A DNA stretch of 54,442 nucleotides, counting the filler, from Jimgerdemannia flammicorona (taxonomy: Eukaryota): the NCBI GenBank assembly GCA_003990765.1. It is 3 parts of 3 records of this genome, joined end to end, with 100 filler letters (N's around TTAATTAATTAA, not from the genome) between each part and the next. Parts side by side here need not be neighbours in the genome. Positions count along the whole stretch, not along the records: positions 1 to 18,085 come from RBNJ01002311.1; 2 more parts are not named here. One strand, 5' to 3'. Of the stretch, positions 1-13,601 are shown one piece after another. Position numbers and translations under genes: made by a program. Within the stretch, counting starts at the first letter, position 1; every line of letters starts with the position of its first letter. Under the pieces are notes generated by a model. The model had not been told where the DNA came from and ran no database searches. It worked only from the letters and a program-made list of their open reading frames with translations.

Positions 1-3000
1 GTCCCCCTCCTCACCCACCCCACCCCCCTGCCAAAGGACAACCCACCCACCCACTACCCTAATTCTCCCCTCACTCTTCTTGCAAATACATTCTACCAAT
101 TTCCGGCGACTCCCCCCACCCTCTCCCCATCCTCGCCACCAACCATTCAAAGTGTCTAGTATTAACCATTCCCAGCGCGCCATCCTCGCCGCAATGGTAG
201 TTGCCCGACCCTCCTCAAAGACACTCAACCAATGACCAGCCATCCCTACCCAGATTGCCAGGGCCCAACCTAGGGTCAACTATTCATCCCCTACCCCACC
301 CACTAACCTCCACCTAAAGTACCCCCATCTCCCTCCCTCCCCTTCCAACAAAGGCCATAGGCCCAACTGACTAGCAATAATGTTCCAAAAGTCCCCCATT
401 ACTACACACTCCCCAAGCCAATGTTCAGGTGTCTGCACCACTCCCCCCTCCTGACCTATATTCAAACATTCCTCACACTCAAACATACCATCAGGCACTA
501 AGTGCCCTGACCGGTAGTTCAGCATCACATTCCACCTCAAGAACCTCCACCACGTCACCCAGAACTTGGGGGGGAGCCACTGTGACACCTGTTTGCTCCA
601 AAGCCAGACCCCATTCCAATCCCACTCCTCTCCAATCCCAGCTCGCTGCCAAGCCTCAGGCCATATATCACCCCCAAGACCCATCTGACATTCCATACCG
701 TTGCCAAGTTGGAAATCCTCCACCAAAGTACCACCCAGCAGCAGCTGGTCCCATCTCTACATCCACGGACCCCAATCCTCCTCCCCCTCATCTCCCCTCC
801 ATTGCAGCCCTATTCGCCTTGCACTGTCCACCACTCCCCACCAAAAACCCTTGTAGCGTATCTTTCGACTACCATCCAGAGCCACCAGCGCCAACAGATC
901 ACCGGATGTGCCACGGGGGGAGTACCGAGCTTCCCATACTCTCTGCATAAGTGGCAACCATTCTCTTCCACGCAACTCACTAGCCCTCCTCAGCCACCAA
1001 GCTCTCAGGCAATGTAGATGCTTGGCCAAGTCCACCAAGCCCAGCCCACCCCAGTCAACCGGTAGTGACAGGACCTCCCAGCCAATTTGGCTCCGCCGTC
1101 CTGCCCAGATCCATGAGCGTGACATTTTCAGAAGCCGCTTGACCACCCAGGGAGGGAAGTCCAGATGATACCCCATATACCACAACTTTGGCAGCCAATA
1201 CCGGTTCAGCACCATCACCCTTCCTGCCAAGGATATATGCCGACCACCCCACCTCAGTAGAATGTTCCCCCACGCCAGCAGCTGCTGTTCCCACCATGCA
1301 CGGGGGAGGAGAGACCCATACACCGAGAAATATATCCCTAAGTACTGGACAGGTTCTCCAGCAGGGACCACAGTTCCAATTACTTCGCCGCCAACTATTC
1401 CTTCTCCAAGCACCATAGTTTCACATTTGTGCCAGTTGAGTCGCACACCCAAGCCCCTCTCATACCACTCCACAGTCCTACGCAGTTCCTCCACATCAGC
1501 AAACGAACCCAGACCAACCACCATGTCATCCACGAAGGCTCCAACCTTCCAGTTAATCTCCAAAATGTCCAAACCCCCTATACAGCGCCGGATCCTGTCC
1601 AGAAGAGGCTCCAAGGATAGGGCATATAGAATAGGTGACAAAGGATCCCCTTGTGGCACTCCACGACCTAGTGGGAACTCCAGTCCCCTGTGCCCATTCA
1701 CTACCAAAGCCACTTGACTGTCCTCCAATAAGCTGATTAATGACCTCTGAAACTCCATCAGGATGCCTACACGCCTCAATACACCTTCCAGCCAGACCCT
1801 CCTTACTCTGTAATATGCCTTCTCCTGGTCCAAAAACACCAACCGGCCATCAACCCCAGCCACCCGAGCTCCTTCAATCACCCCATGGACCCATGCAGTT
1901 CCATCTCGAATCAACCGACCCCCAACAAATCCTCTCTGCTCCACTCCCAGAATATGCTGAGCGATACCCTGTAGTCTATTCACCAAGATCTTTGTCACCA
2001 ACTTGCGGTCCATGTCCAGGAGCATGATCGGTCGCCAATTCTTCCAATCCTCCCTCCTCCCCTTATCCTTAAAGAGCAGAGAGACCAGTCCCAGGCGCTG
2101 ACCCCCAATCCAGACACCAGATCGAATAACTTCATCACACATCGCAGTCATCTCCTCCAAGGCCCCTTCCACCTTGACCATCCTCTTCCAAAAGTCTCAG
2201 GGAAGTCCATCCTCTCCTGGAGCAGTCTCTCTACTTGTCGCAGCCAGAACTTTACACACCTCCTCTCCTCGTACTGGTTCTCCCAGTGTCCCCAGACCCA
2301 GGGCTGGGTCCGGATGCCAGTCCTCCAACTGCCTTTCAATGTTCAGTGCATCCTCACCTCCATCCTCCTTGCTCCACAAACACCCCCAGCGATTACGCAA
2401 CAATCCCAGTATTTCTGGCATACCCCCCACCATTTCCCCATCCTTGTCCAAGATACTATCCCACCACTGCCTGGTCCGCCGTGCTTGGAGCAGCCTGGAG
2501 AGAAACTTAGTAGGATACTCCCCATCCTCCAGTCTCTGCCACCTCAGTCTCGCCACCATTCCCTCTATCCAATTCTCTTCCTCTCTCCGTAGCACCTCCT
2601 TCAGCTCCTCTACTTCCTTCTTTATCTGCTGAATTCGCCACTCCACTACTCCTTCACCTTCTATCCACCCTGCCCATTTCTCCAATAGTGTCCCCAATCT
2701 ATGTGAAGCCCATTGTACCCACCTCCACCATTGTGCACTCTTCCCTCTCCCTGCTTCCCCCCAGAACCGCTGAGCACTTGACTTCAGCCTCCTCCATCGA
2801 TCCCCAATGACCAATCCCTGCTCCCGCCATCTAATAATCTTCTCAGTAGCCTCCACCTCCCAATCAGTCCATAGAGAACCATCCTCCAATAGAGACAAGT
2901 TGAGCCGCCAATGTCCTGACCCATCCCCACTTCCCCCAAATCTCCCACTCCCTATTAGCCCCCAGTGATCGGACCACGGGCACCAAACCACCTCCAGTAT

Positions 3001-3645
3001 AGCCCAGACATCCACTCCCCAGCACTCTGCCATTAACACCCAGTCGATCCTGGATCCAAGTCCTGCCATCCAATGAGTATAGATTCGGCGATCCCCCCAG
3101 AATTGTCGCCCTGAGTCCACCAATGAACTCAACCTCTCTACCTCCATCCAATCCTCCAGCCCTCCACTTCTACCTCGCAGTCCTCGCCCCCCATCAGTCC
3201 TATCCACCACATTATCACGCACCATATTGAAGTCACCCCCCAGACAGTCAATCCCAGCTTCCCCCAAGACCCCTGCCTCGCACAAGTCCTTGATCCAGCC
3301 TATGCGCTCCCCTCTCTCAGCTGGGCAATAGCACGACCCAACAGTCAAAGCATTCCAACCAGGCCTCCTCCACACTCCCCATACCAATCTACTCCCCCAA
3401 TGTCCATCATCCCCAATATCCCCCATCCCTTTTCTAACCAGGATGCCCACCTGCCCTGTCCATATAGCTGCCCCACCCCATTCCCGAGTCCAGTCCAGTA
3501 GGTCCACATCCGGCTCATACTGCACATCCTGCAATAGGAAGAGATCTGCCTCCAGACCCTTCAACCAGCTAAAAATATTTCTACGCCGTTTTGCCCCCCT
3601 TAGCCCATTGACATTCAAAGAAAAGATTCTAGTTGTACTGTTCAT
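1..3645 (-). pseudogene. LINE ORF2: AP endonuclease, reverse transcriptase, C-terminal zinc-finger motif
   Basis: APE motifs SLNVNGL, GGDFN, SRIDW, SDH. RT motifs WRPIMLL, DQEKAY, GVPQGDPLSP, AFVDD, YLGI, GGLGL. CEEC...HWLGEC near the C-terminus. In-frame stops at 2197, 757 and 280 replace Trp codons; a 1-nt deletion lies near 240. Confidence 0.93.
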
Positions 3646-3675
3646 AATGAATAATGTTGGTAGGGATATCACCAT

Positions 3676-5595
3676 CTAGAACTCCATGCTCCTCCTGTCC
3701 CCCTCCAGATCCAGGCACCGCTCAGCCTCCAACTCTTTCTCCCTCACCTCCTGTGCATCCAGTGCCTCCAAGATTTCCTGGCACTCTGCTCCATCCACCA
3801 CTTTGAATTCGGTCTGATACTCCCTGCACACCACTCCCCACTTCTCCAACCCTTTCTTCAAGTTCCACAGGTAAGCTGCTCTATCATTCGCAATCACTCG
3901 AAGTTCCTCCTCTCACTGATCATCGACTTGATACTCCACCGACTCCAGGAGCACCGCCAGAATTTCATTCCAGACCTTCTTTGGCACCTCCTCACCACGC
4001 AGAATCTCCTCCCAGTGCCTATCACTCATAACCTGGAAGTCCTCACCTCCCAGCTCCTCAGCTGCCACCCCTTCCAGAGTCTTCCACAGCCACTTCTCCT
4101 CCTCCACCACTGCCTCGGCACCCTGGGCACTTCCTTCCCCCCCCACCACCGGGTCCACCAATGCGATCCTCCTTCCCGACTCATCCCACTCCTCCTCCAG
4201 GACATCAAGAAGCTCCTCCTCACCTCCGACTCCTCCCGGGACCCCGTACTGCAGCTGTACTTCTATGCTCATCTCAGCGTCCTCCACCACACTGCCCTGC
4301 CCTCCTTCCCCACGGACCTCTTGGGCCACCCTTTGATCCACTCTGGGCTCCCCAGCCCAGTCACTTCCTCTCAATCCTATGCCACTTCCTCCCTCTCAAC
4401 CTTCCACCACGCCTCCTCCCAATTTCTCCAACAGCTCCTTCTGAATATGCCTCCCCTGCATCTTCTCCCAAGTTCCTCGATCCATCCTGATCTTCTTCCC
4501 TTCTACAATTTCCACCACCGTCTTGGCCTCATACTCCTTCCAAGCCAATCGTCTCCTCTCGACAGCTCCCGCCAGATCCTCAAGAGCCTCCAGCAAATCC
4601 TCCTCTTCCTCCAGCGACCCTTTCACCCGAGAGACCCTGCACTCAACTGGTCCCCACTTCAGCATTGCCGGCCAGTCCCTCACCTTCCCCATGTTCTCCT
4701 GACCAAACAAGCGTACTCTTACATCAACATCTCCAGTCCTAAGTTCCGTACCCTCCCAGACTTTGAACCCGATATCGATGACATCTCTATACTCCTTTAC
4801 CACCTCCACAATCAACTCCCTAGCCCTCTCCCATGACACCATAGGAAGATCCAGCACCGTCAACTGCACCACTCTCGGGTCCCAGCGCATGCACCTCGCC
4901 ATAGGAACTACCACTCCCCCCACTACCACCCCTTTCTCCATAGCCTCCAGCATCGACACCTCTTCTTCAAACCCAACCTCAATCCCTTCCTTCCCCTTCA
5001 TGAACTTGACCATAGCTGCCCCCTTCACCTCCTGCGCCACCAGCCCCAGAATCATCCTCGCAGTCACTGCCAAGCCTCGGAAACACAATGTGACTGCGAA
5101 TTCGGACCTCGACTTTTTGAGTAATGGTGCCGACACCATGCCTGTCACTCCATCCGCCAGGTCCCTGGGCCTCGTGCCCTCCTTCTGTCCGGATCCGCCA
5201 ACCACCATCACATCTGGATTTTTTTCCAGATTCCCCATCACAGCCCCATCAGCAGTCACATCTCCAACCCCTACTCCCCCTCCCCCCATACCGATGGCGG
5301 CTCCCATAGGGGCTCCTCCCTGCCCTCCTCCTGAACCTGGCATCGCCTTCCCCAGTCCCAACCAACCATCCAGCCCTGTGGCCATCTTCCCCATCCTGAC
5401 CTTGTTGGCAAAGGTCGCCCTCCCCCCACCTCTCTGCCTCAGTCCACCTCTCCCTCCACCCCCAGCGCCACCGCCCACCACAGACGGCCCTGGCATCCCC
5501 AAACCATCTCCTCGTTTCCTCCCAACCTGCTGCCAGTCGAAGGCCTGGCTGCCCCCCTGGCCAACCTGCCCACCAGTTTGCTCATTGCTCACCAT
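3676..5595 (-). pseudogene. LINE ORF1 (~639 aa), two in-frame stops, no frameshift
   Basis: ORF-track pieces 4396-5595, 3913-4374 and 3676-3897 are in one frame. Homologous to ORF1 of copy 2. Gly-rich N-terminus, alpha/beta middle, acidic helical C-terminus. Confidence 0.85.
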
Positions 5596-5680
5596 GTTGA
5601 TAGTAGCTTTTCACCAAAAACTTCGCAGAAAGTGTTGTCCAAATCTTGTATCACCTGAATGTTACCGGTGAGAGAGCGCG

Positions 5681-8600
5681 AATACTCCACCATCCACCAA
5701 GTGTCCAGACTGATAGTTCAATATCACATTCTGCCATAGGACCCGCCACCACACCACGCAGAACTTGGGGGGCAGCCACTGCTGCACCTGTTTGCTCCAA
5801 AGCCAGAGTTCATTCCAATCCCACTCCTTCCCAATTCCAACTCTCTGCCAGACTTCTGGCCACAGGTCTCCACCTAGGCCTCACAGACACTCCAGGCCCT
5901 TGCCAAGCTGAAAGACCTCCACCAGAACCCCACCCAATAGAAGCCTGTCCCACCACTACATCTGCGGTCCCCAAACCTCCTCAGCTTCATCACCTTGCCA
6001 CCAAAGTCCAATCTTCTTAGCACCATCCACCACCCCCCACCAAAAGTCCATAAACTGCATCTTCCTGCTTCCTTTCATGGCCACCATCGCAAGCAGATCC
6101 CTGGAGCCACCTCGTGGGGAGTACCGAACCTCCCACAACCTCTGTATGAGTGGCACCCACTCCTGCCCCCTGAGCTCACTTGCCCTTCGCAGCCACCAGA
6201 CTCTCAGACATAGAAGCTGCTTAGTAAAATCCACTAGGCCCAGCCCACCTCTTTCCAAGGGCAGTGTGAGCACCTCCCAACCAACCTGGCTTTGCCGCCC
6301 TCCCCAGATCCATGACCTTGCTATCTTCAACAACTCCTTAACCACCCAGGGTGGGAAATCTAAATGATATCCAACATACCACAGCTTCGGCATCCAGTAC
6401 ACATTCAACACCATCACCCTTCCAGCAAGGGACATATGCCGGCCTCCCCATCTCAGCAAGACATTACCCCACTCCAGAAGTTTACGGTCCCACCATGCCC
6501 AGGGAAGAAGAGATCTGAACACCGAGAAGTAGATCCCCAAGTAGCGCACTGGCTCACCCACCAATACCACTGTCCCAATAACATCACCACCAATAATTCC
6601 AGCACCCAGCACCAGCATCTTACATTTGTGCCAGTTAAGTTTAGCACCAGAACCCTGCTCATACTATTCCACAGTCCTCTGTAACTCTCCCACATCTCCC
6701 AAGGAGTCCAGCCCGACCACCATATCATCAGTAAAGGCCCCCACCTTCCAGTTCACCCCTAAAATATCCAAGCCTCCAATCTTATGCCAAATCCTGTCCA
6801 GTAGTGGCTCCAGAGAAAGAGCATACAATATGGGCAACAAGGGGTCCCCTTGTGGTACCCTACATCCCAGGGGAAAGGTCACCCCCCAGTGGCCATTGAT
6901 GACTAATGCCACCTGACTGTCCTCTAAGAGGCTGATCAATGATCTTCGGACCCCTGGCAGGATGCCAATCTGCTTCAGCACTCCCTCCAGCCATATTCTC
7001 TGCACTCTATCATAAGCCTTCTCTTGGTCCAGAAACACCAATCTGCCATCTACTCCTGATGCCCAGGCACCTTCAATCACTCCATGAACCCAGGCTGTCC
7101 CATCTCGAATCAACTGACCACTGACAAACCCACATTGCTCCACACCAAGAACCTGCTGAGCGATGCCTTGCAACCTCATCACCAAGATTTTCATCACCAA
7201 TTTGCAGTCCATGTCAAGAAGCATAATTGGCCACCAGTTCTTCCAGTCCTCTCGCCTACCCTTATCCTTAAAGAGCAAAGAGACCAGCCCTAAGTGCTGT
7301 CCCCCAATCCAGGCACCAGACTGAAGAACTCCATCACACATAGCAGTCATTTCCTCTAGCACCTCACCCACCCCAGTCATCTTCTGCCAAAAATCCCAGG
7401 AAAGCCCATCCTCTCCCAGAGCTGTCCCCTTACTCATTGAGGCCACAACTCTGCAAATCTCCTCACCACTCACCAGGTCCCCCAATGCCCCAAGTCCCAT
7501 CGCAGGGTCCAGGTGCCAATCCCCCAGCTGTCTTTCAATGTTCAGGGCATCTAATCCCCCATCCTCCTCACTCCAAAGATTCCTCCACCAGGTTTGCAGT
7601 AGGTCCAGAATTACCAGAGTCTCCACCACCAGCTCACCATTCTTATCCAAAACTCCCTCCCACCACTGCCTCATTCATTGTGCTTGTAACAACCATGACA
7701 AGAATCTGGTAGGCCTCTCCCCCTCCTCAAGCCCCTGCTACCACAGACGGGCCACCATTCCCTGCAACTGCTCCTCCTCCTCCCTGTATAGTACCCCTTT
7801 GAGCTCCTCCACCTCCAGCCAGATTCTCGCAATATGCCAATCAGTCATGGCCCCATCCTCCAGCACACCTGTCTATCTCTCCATGAGTGCTGCCAGATGC
7901 TGTGAGGCCTACAGCACCCGCTACCTTCACTGGGCACACTTCCCTTTCCCTGCTTCCCTCCAATACTCCTGAGTCTTTGCCTTCAGCCTTCTCCAGTAGT
8001 CCCCAATCTCCAGTTCTTGTTCCCGCCACCTATCTATATTTCCAACCACCTCCGATTCCCATCCCTCCCACAATACCCTATCCTCTAACAGGGAAGAATT
8101 TAGTTGCCAATATCCAGGCCCATCCTCATTTCCCCCAAACCTCTCCCCTCCAAGCAGCCCCCAGTGATCAGACCATGGACACCATATGACTTCCAGCGCC
8201 AACCAGACATCTGTTCCCCAACACTCTGCCATTAGAACTCAGTCAATCCTGGAGCCCAGTCCTGCCACCCAGTGGGTGTACATCTGCCGATCCACCCAAA
8301 ATCATCTTCCTGAGTCTACTAGAGAACACAACCTCTCCATCTCCAACCAGTCACCCAACCCACCACTTTCACTCTGCACACCTCTCCCTCCATCAGTTCT
8401 GTCCAACTTCTTATCCCATACTATGTTGAAGTTACCCCTCATATAGTCTAACCCAACTTCTCTCAAAACACTAGCCTCTTTCAATCTGCGGATCCATTCC
8501 ACCCTCTCCCCTCTCTCAGCTGGGCAGTAACAGGACCCGACCATTAGCAGGCCCTATCCAGGCCTCTTCCACACTCCCCACACCACCTGAGACCCCCAAT

Positions 8601-10877
8601 GTCCAATGTTCCCAATGTCCCCCATCCCTTTCCAAACGAGAATACATACTTTCTCCCTCCAAACAGCTGCGTCCCCCCATTCCTTAGTCCAATCCTGTAA
8701 GTCTACATCTGCCTCATAATGAACATCCTGCAGTAAGAAGAGGTCTGCATCCAGTCCCTTAAGTCAACCAAATATATACTTCCTCCTAGCCAACCCCTGT
8801 AGCCCATTAATATTCAATGAGAAAATCCTAGTTGTACTGTTCATATTGAAGAAATGTTGCAATAGAGACCCCAACCTATAATTCCATACTCATCTCATCC
8901 CCCGCAAGATCCAAGCGCCACTCAGCTTCCAATTCACCCTCTGCATTATCCTGAGCATCCAGTGCTCCCAAGATTTTCTGACGTTCCACCCTGTCCACTT
9001 CCTCCATATCAGCCCTGTAGTCCAAGCAGACAGCATGCCACTTCCCCAGTCCCTTCCTCGAATTCCACAAGAAAATTGCTCTATCACTCGCAATCCTTCT
9101 AAGTTCCTCCTCCCACTGATCATCAACCTGATACTCAACTGACTCCAGGAGGACTGCCAGGATCTCATTCCTCATCTTCCTCAGCACCTCCTCCCCCTGT
9201 AGAATCTCCTCCCAATGCTTCTCCTCCAATACCCTGAAGTCCTCACCCCCCAGCTCTTCAGCCACTACCCCTTCCAAGGTCTTCCACATCCACTTCTCCT
9301 CATCCACTGCCTCCACCACCCCCTGAGTGATTTGTCCTCCATCCACCTCAGGGTCCACCAGCATGCTCCTTCTCACCGACTCATCCCACTCCTCATCCAG
9401 CACATCCAGTAGCTCCTCCTCTCCCACTGCTCCATCTGGAACACTATACTGAGAGTGCACACCCTCACCCATTTTGGCATCCACCTCCAAATTGCCCTCC
9501 CTCCCCTCCCCACCTCCAATCTGATCTCTGCCCTGGGCCAACTCTCCCCCCTCAGCCCAGGCACTCTCCTGTGACCCTGCAACTCCCTCCCCTGAGCTTC
9601 CACCAGCCCCACCCCCGCTCAACTTTGCCAACAGCTCCTTCTGGATCCTCCTCCCCTGCATCTTTTCCCAGGCCCCCTTCTCCATCCAGATCCTCTTCCC
9701 ATCCACCTCCCCCACTACTGTCCTGGCCTCAAACTCCTTCCAGGCCAATCTCCTCCTTGCCACTGCCCCTTCTAGGTCCTCCAGAGCCTCCAACAGGTCC
9801 TCCTCCTCCTCCAGAGTCCCCTTCACCCTGGTGACCTTACACTCCACCAGTCCCCACCTCAGTGCCACTGGCCAGTCCCTCAACTTTCCTGTATTCTCCT
9901 TCCCAGCCAGCCTCACCCTGACATCGACATCACCAGTTCTAAGCTCTGTGCCCTCCCAGACCTTGAACCCAACATCCATAATCTTGCCATACTCCTTGAC
10001 TACCTCCACAACCAACTCTCTGGTCCTTTCCTTTGACACAGTCGGGAGGTCCAACACTATTAACTGTACCACTTGGGGGTCCCAGCGCATGTACCGGGCC
10101 ATAGGGACCACAACTCCACCTACCATCACCCCCTTCTCCATGGCTGCCAACAAGGTGTCTTCCTCCTCAAACTCCACCTCAACCCCTTCCTTTCCCCTCA
10201 AGAACTTCACTGACACCGCTCCCTTAGCCTCTTATGCCACCAGCCCCAAAATCATCCTCACCGTCACTGTTAAGTCCCAGAAGCACATCATGACCACAAA
10301 TTCTAATGTTGACTTCTTGAGTAATGGGGCCGACACCATGCCTGTCACCCCATCAGCCAGGTCCCTGGGCCTCATGCCCACTCCAAGTCCCGAATTGCCA
10401 ACCACCATCACATCTGGATTTTTTGCCAGATCCCCAGTCACAGCTCTATCAATAGTCATATCTCCAGCCTCTACTCCAGCCCCTTCCCTAATACCAGAAG
10501 TACCCAGGGGTACACCTCCCTGACCCCCAGCAGTAGCTATTGATGCCTTCCCCAGGCCCAGCCAATCATCTAGCCCAGAAGCCATCTTCCCCATTCTGAC
10601 CTTGTCAGCAAAGGTTGACCTCTCCCCTTCTCTCTGTCTCAGACTGCCCCTCCCTCCACCACCAGGGCCTCGGCTAGCCATTGAGGCCCCTGGTATCCCC
10701 AAACCATCTCCCCTCCTCCCCACCTGCTGCCAGCCAAAGGCGCCATCACCCCCTGGCCTGTATGCTCACCAGTTTGATCATTGCTGTCCATGTTGTTAGT
10801 CGTTGGATACCAAAAATGTTGTAAAAAGTGTTGTCTGAGTCTTGTGTCACCCGAATGTTACTGGTGAGGAAGTGCTC
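5681..10877 (-). mobile_element. LINE copy 2 (same family, more degraded), interrupted near its 3' end by copy 1
   Basis: ORF1 ~8876-10791 and ORF2 fragments 5681-8845 are collinear with copy 1. The 5' leader at 10840-10870 matches 5645-5675. The right boundary is approximate. Confidence 0.92.
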
Positions 10878-13562
10878 ATCTATGGCAAGTACTCCTTCAT
10901 TCTGATGCAGGATCTTAAGAAGTTGTTCTTCTGGGGGAAATTTTTCTCCAATAGTATATATGTGCTTGTTCTGGTCCTTATCTTTCTTGTACTCAAGTTT
11001 GGTAATCTTGATAGCAGTATAGACTCCTCTTCCAGTAGATCCAAAGTCTTGTTCTTCTCTCTTAGTCTTGATGAGTTTGATGACTTTAGTGAACTTAGGC
11101 TTCTTAACTTCATGGATCAGTATCTGGCCAATCCTGTCATACTTCTTGACTTTGAATGGGGTAGTGGGGTTGTGATTCCTGACTATAAGGAAGATCTCAC
11201 CAATATAATTAGGGTTAATAACTTCTCCTTTAACTGCAATTTTGCTCTTAGCCAGACTGCTCCTGGCCTTGATAATTCTGGTATAGTTCTCTGGTAACTT
11301 GACTTCAAATCCAGTACCAAGTAGAGTAATGGTCTGTAGTTTAAGAATAGTATCTTAGATGCTAGTAAGGTCTATTTCTATGGCTCCTTCAGTCTTATAT
11401 TCTGGAATCTTGGCTTTAGGGTAAAACTTCTTAATCTTAAGTATAATGTCTAGTTCTTGTTCCTCCTCATTATCACTATCAGCTTGAAGCTCTGAGGGCT
11501 GGTCACCTTCTTCAGCTTTCTTTTTTTACTTTAGCAGCTTCTTCCTTATACTTTTATTGATAGATTTTTCTAATCTCACTGATATAGGACCAGTAGTCAT
11601 TCAGATATTCAGAGTAGTACATCCTAGCACCATAGGGGTATCTTCCTTGAGGGGCATAGTTATCAATAATCTTGCTCATCTATAAGCTTGGTTATTTTGC
11701 TCTTATTTTTATATACTGAATATATGAAGACTTCTATATCCCCTTCATCTCCTTTCTCTATATCTGGTAGTACTTCTTTGTGGATATTGATAGAGACTTA
11801 TATCTTTCTTTCTCTATAGTTGATCTACATCTACTAGGTATTGAGATCAATGATAACCTTGGCCTTGTGAAGCCATTGGTTACTAATGAGGATATCATAG
11901 TTAGTGGTACTTATAATAATTATATCTACTGAGATGATAGCTCTTCCAATCTTGATAGAGACTTTGCAGATCTTATCTAGGAGTATAGCTTATATATCAT
12001 CTGCTGTAATATAGAAAATTTTGGTAGATTCTTCAATGTCCCAGCCTAGGCAGTCAATTGCCTTCTTGTTTATGAGATATCCTCCAATACTGGTATCAAT
12101 AAAAGTATCAAAGATACAATTTTCAATCTGATATTAGATATAGGCTGAGGTCTTACACTAATCTTCAGATTCTTTATCTGAGTCTTCTCATTCATTATTG
12201 TGAGCTTCTATGATCTTATACTCTTGGTTCTTGAGAGTAGTTGCAAGTCTTTCTCTCAACTGCTGTCTGAAGGTAGAGACTTCTACTAGTTGTTCAAAAG
12301 TAGCATTGACCTTCTGTTCTTTGAGGTTTTTGTTAATATTATACTAGTGGACCTTGGTCTTATATAGCTTCTGTTCTTTCTTACTTTCACTTTCTCTTAA
12401 AACTGGAGTAGTGTCTTCAATGATTTGGTAGGTAGCTTTATCTAACTCCATGTCTTGATCAATCTCCCCAGATCAGGTCTTACTTTGAATAATGATAGTT
12501 GGAGTCTTTTTTGGTCTTCCAACTGGCTTGGTGTTACTCTTCTTATTATAGAGCTTAGACTGGATTCTGATAGCTTCTGTAATATATTCTTCATCATCAG
12601 TATTACCAATCTCCTCAATAACTACAGAATTAGTTTACTTTCTGATTCTGGTAGTATCACTTAGTTGGGCTCTGTGCCTTATTTCAGTCATGCAATTCTT
12701 TGCATAGTGGCCTTCTTCTCCATATTTGAAGCATATAATGGTATACTCCTCTATAGTAGCTGCAAACTTCTGTACTGGTCTTCTATTGGTACTTTGTACT
12801 TCTCTAAAAATATCACTAAGATATGTAGTTATCTTGGCAAACTGCTGGGTGAGTTTCTCTACCAGGTCAGTTTTGGTCATCTTAGAGATAGATAGAGATA
12901 GTTGTCTATTGCTATATAGCTGTGGTAGATATAGTATTGATTGGCTTTGGTGGCTCCATCTTAATACCAGTTATCCTTTCAATTGAGTGTTTAGTAGGAT
13001 GTCAAGTGGTTCAATATCTCTGTACAAAGACCACTTTCTGGTCAAGGGTCAGGGTAGCTGGGATAGATCAGATTTTTAGGGCAATTTCATGATAAACTCC
13101 TTTTAGGAAGGTTGTATTGGCTATCTATTCCTTGAGGGCATTATCATAGCCAGCCAAGACAACCTGGTGGTTGATTTGGATGTAGAATGAGTTGGAGTCT
13201 TTATTGAGTCCTTGGCAGATAGTATTGAGTTGATCTTTGAGAGCTTGCTTGATCTCTTCAGTATAGTATATAGTTCCAAGAAAATTCTTCATATTGGTGA
13301 GTTTGGCTGCACCATTGTCAACAATGGTGGCTATATTGAACTTATCTGGTAGGTCTTCTGAGACTAATAGGTAGAAGGGCCAATTGTTCTTCAATACTGA
13401 GAACTTATATAGTGGCAAATTATTTAAAGTCTTCAATGAAGGTCAGGATTGACTCTTCAGTGATAAATTGATTGAATGTGGGAGAATGTATTTCTATCTT
13501 GTCTTGAATTCTTGCAGAGAGTGACTCTTATAATCAGAGTAGTTGTTATGGTGGTTGTTCAT
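10878..13562 (-). pseudogene. Ty3/Gypsy gag-protease remnant, truncated by LINE copy 2
   Basis: Degenerate zinc knuckle CFKYGEEGHYAKNC (~12690-12735). Degenerate aspartic protease FIDTSIGG...YDILISNQWL (~11870-12110). Many stops. Confidence 0.75.
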
Positions 13563-13601
13563 TTTTCAGCTTAAAAGTGAGGAATCCTAATAGTATCACC
13601 A

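Larger units (their letters stand above)
1..5680 (-). mobile_element. L1/Tx1-clade non-LTR retrotransposon (LINE copy 1), near full length, 3' end outside the window
   Basis: ORF1 plus ORF2 with APE endonuclease, RT and C-terminal Cys/His motif. The 5' leader (CTCACCGGTAACATTCAGGTGATACAAG on minus) is shared with copies 2 and 4. Confidence 0.95.

Noticed and set aside
3640..3680. ORF1 stop directly followed by an in-frame ATG (TAGATG), suggesting readthrough or coupling
   Set aside because: Not conserved. Copy 2 lacks that ATG and has a 31-nt, out-of-frame spacer before the conserved ATGAACAGT start.
280..5595. Alternative genetic code (stops at Trp positions in the LINE)
   Set aside because: Both TGA and TAG replace TGG at copy-specific positions, and host genes use TGA, TAG and TAA as normal stops. 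This is mutation, not recoding.
3928..5671. Long plus-strand ORFs (302 aa each) antisense to LINE ORF1, and similar antisense ORFs over COG7 and the spectraplakin-like gene
   Set aside because: Low-complexity shadows of biased codon usage, with no recognisable motifs.
13585..13601. Assigning specific primer tRNAs to the PBS-like sites (here and at 40490-40510)
   Set aside because: Too mutated to match a tRNA 3' end without the organism's tRNA set.
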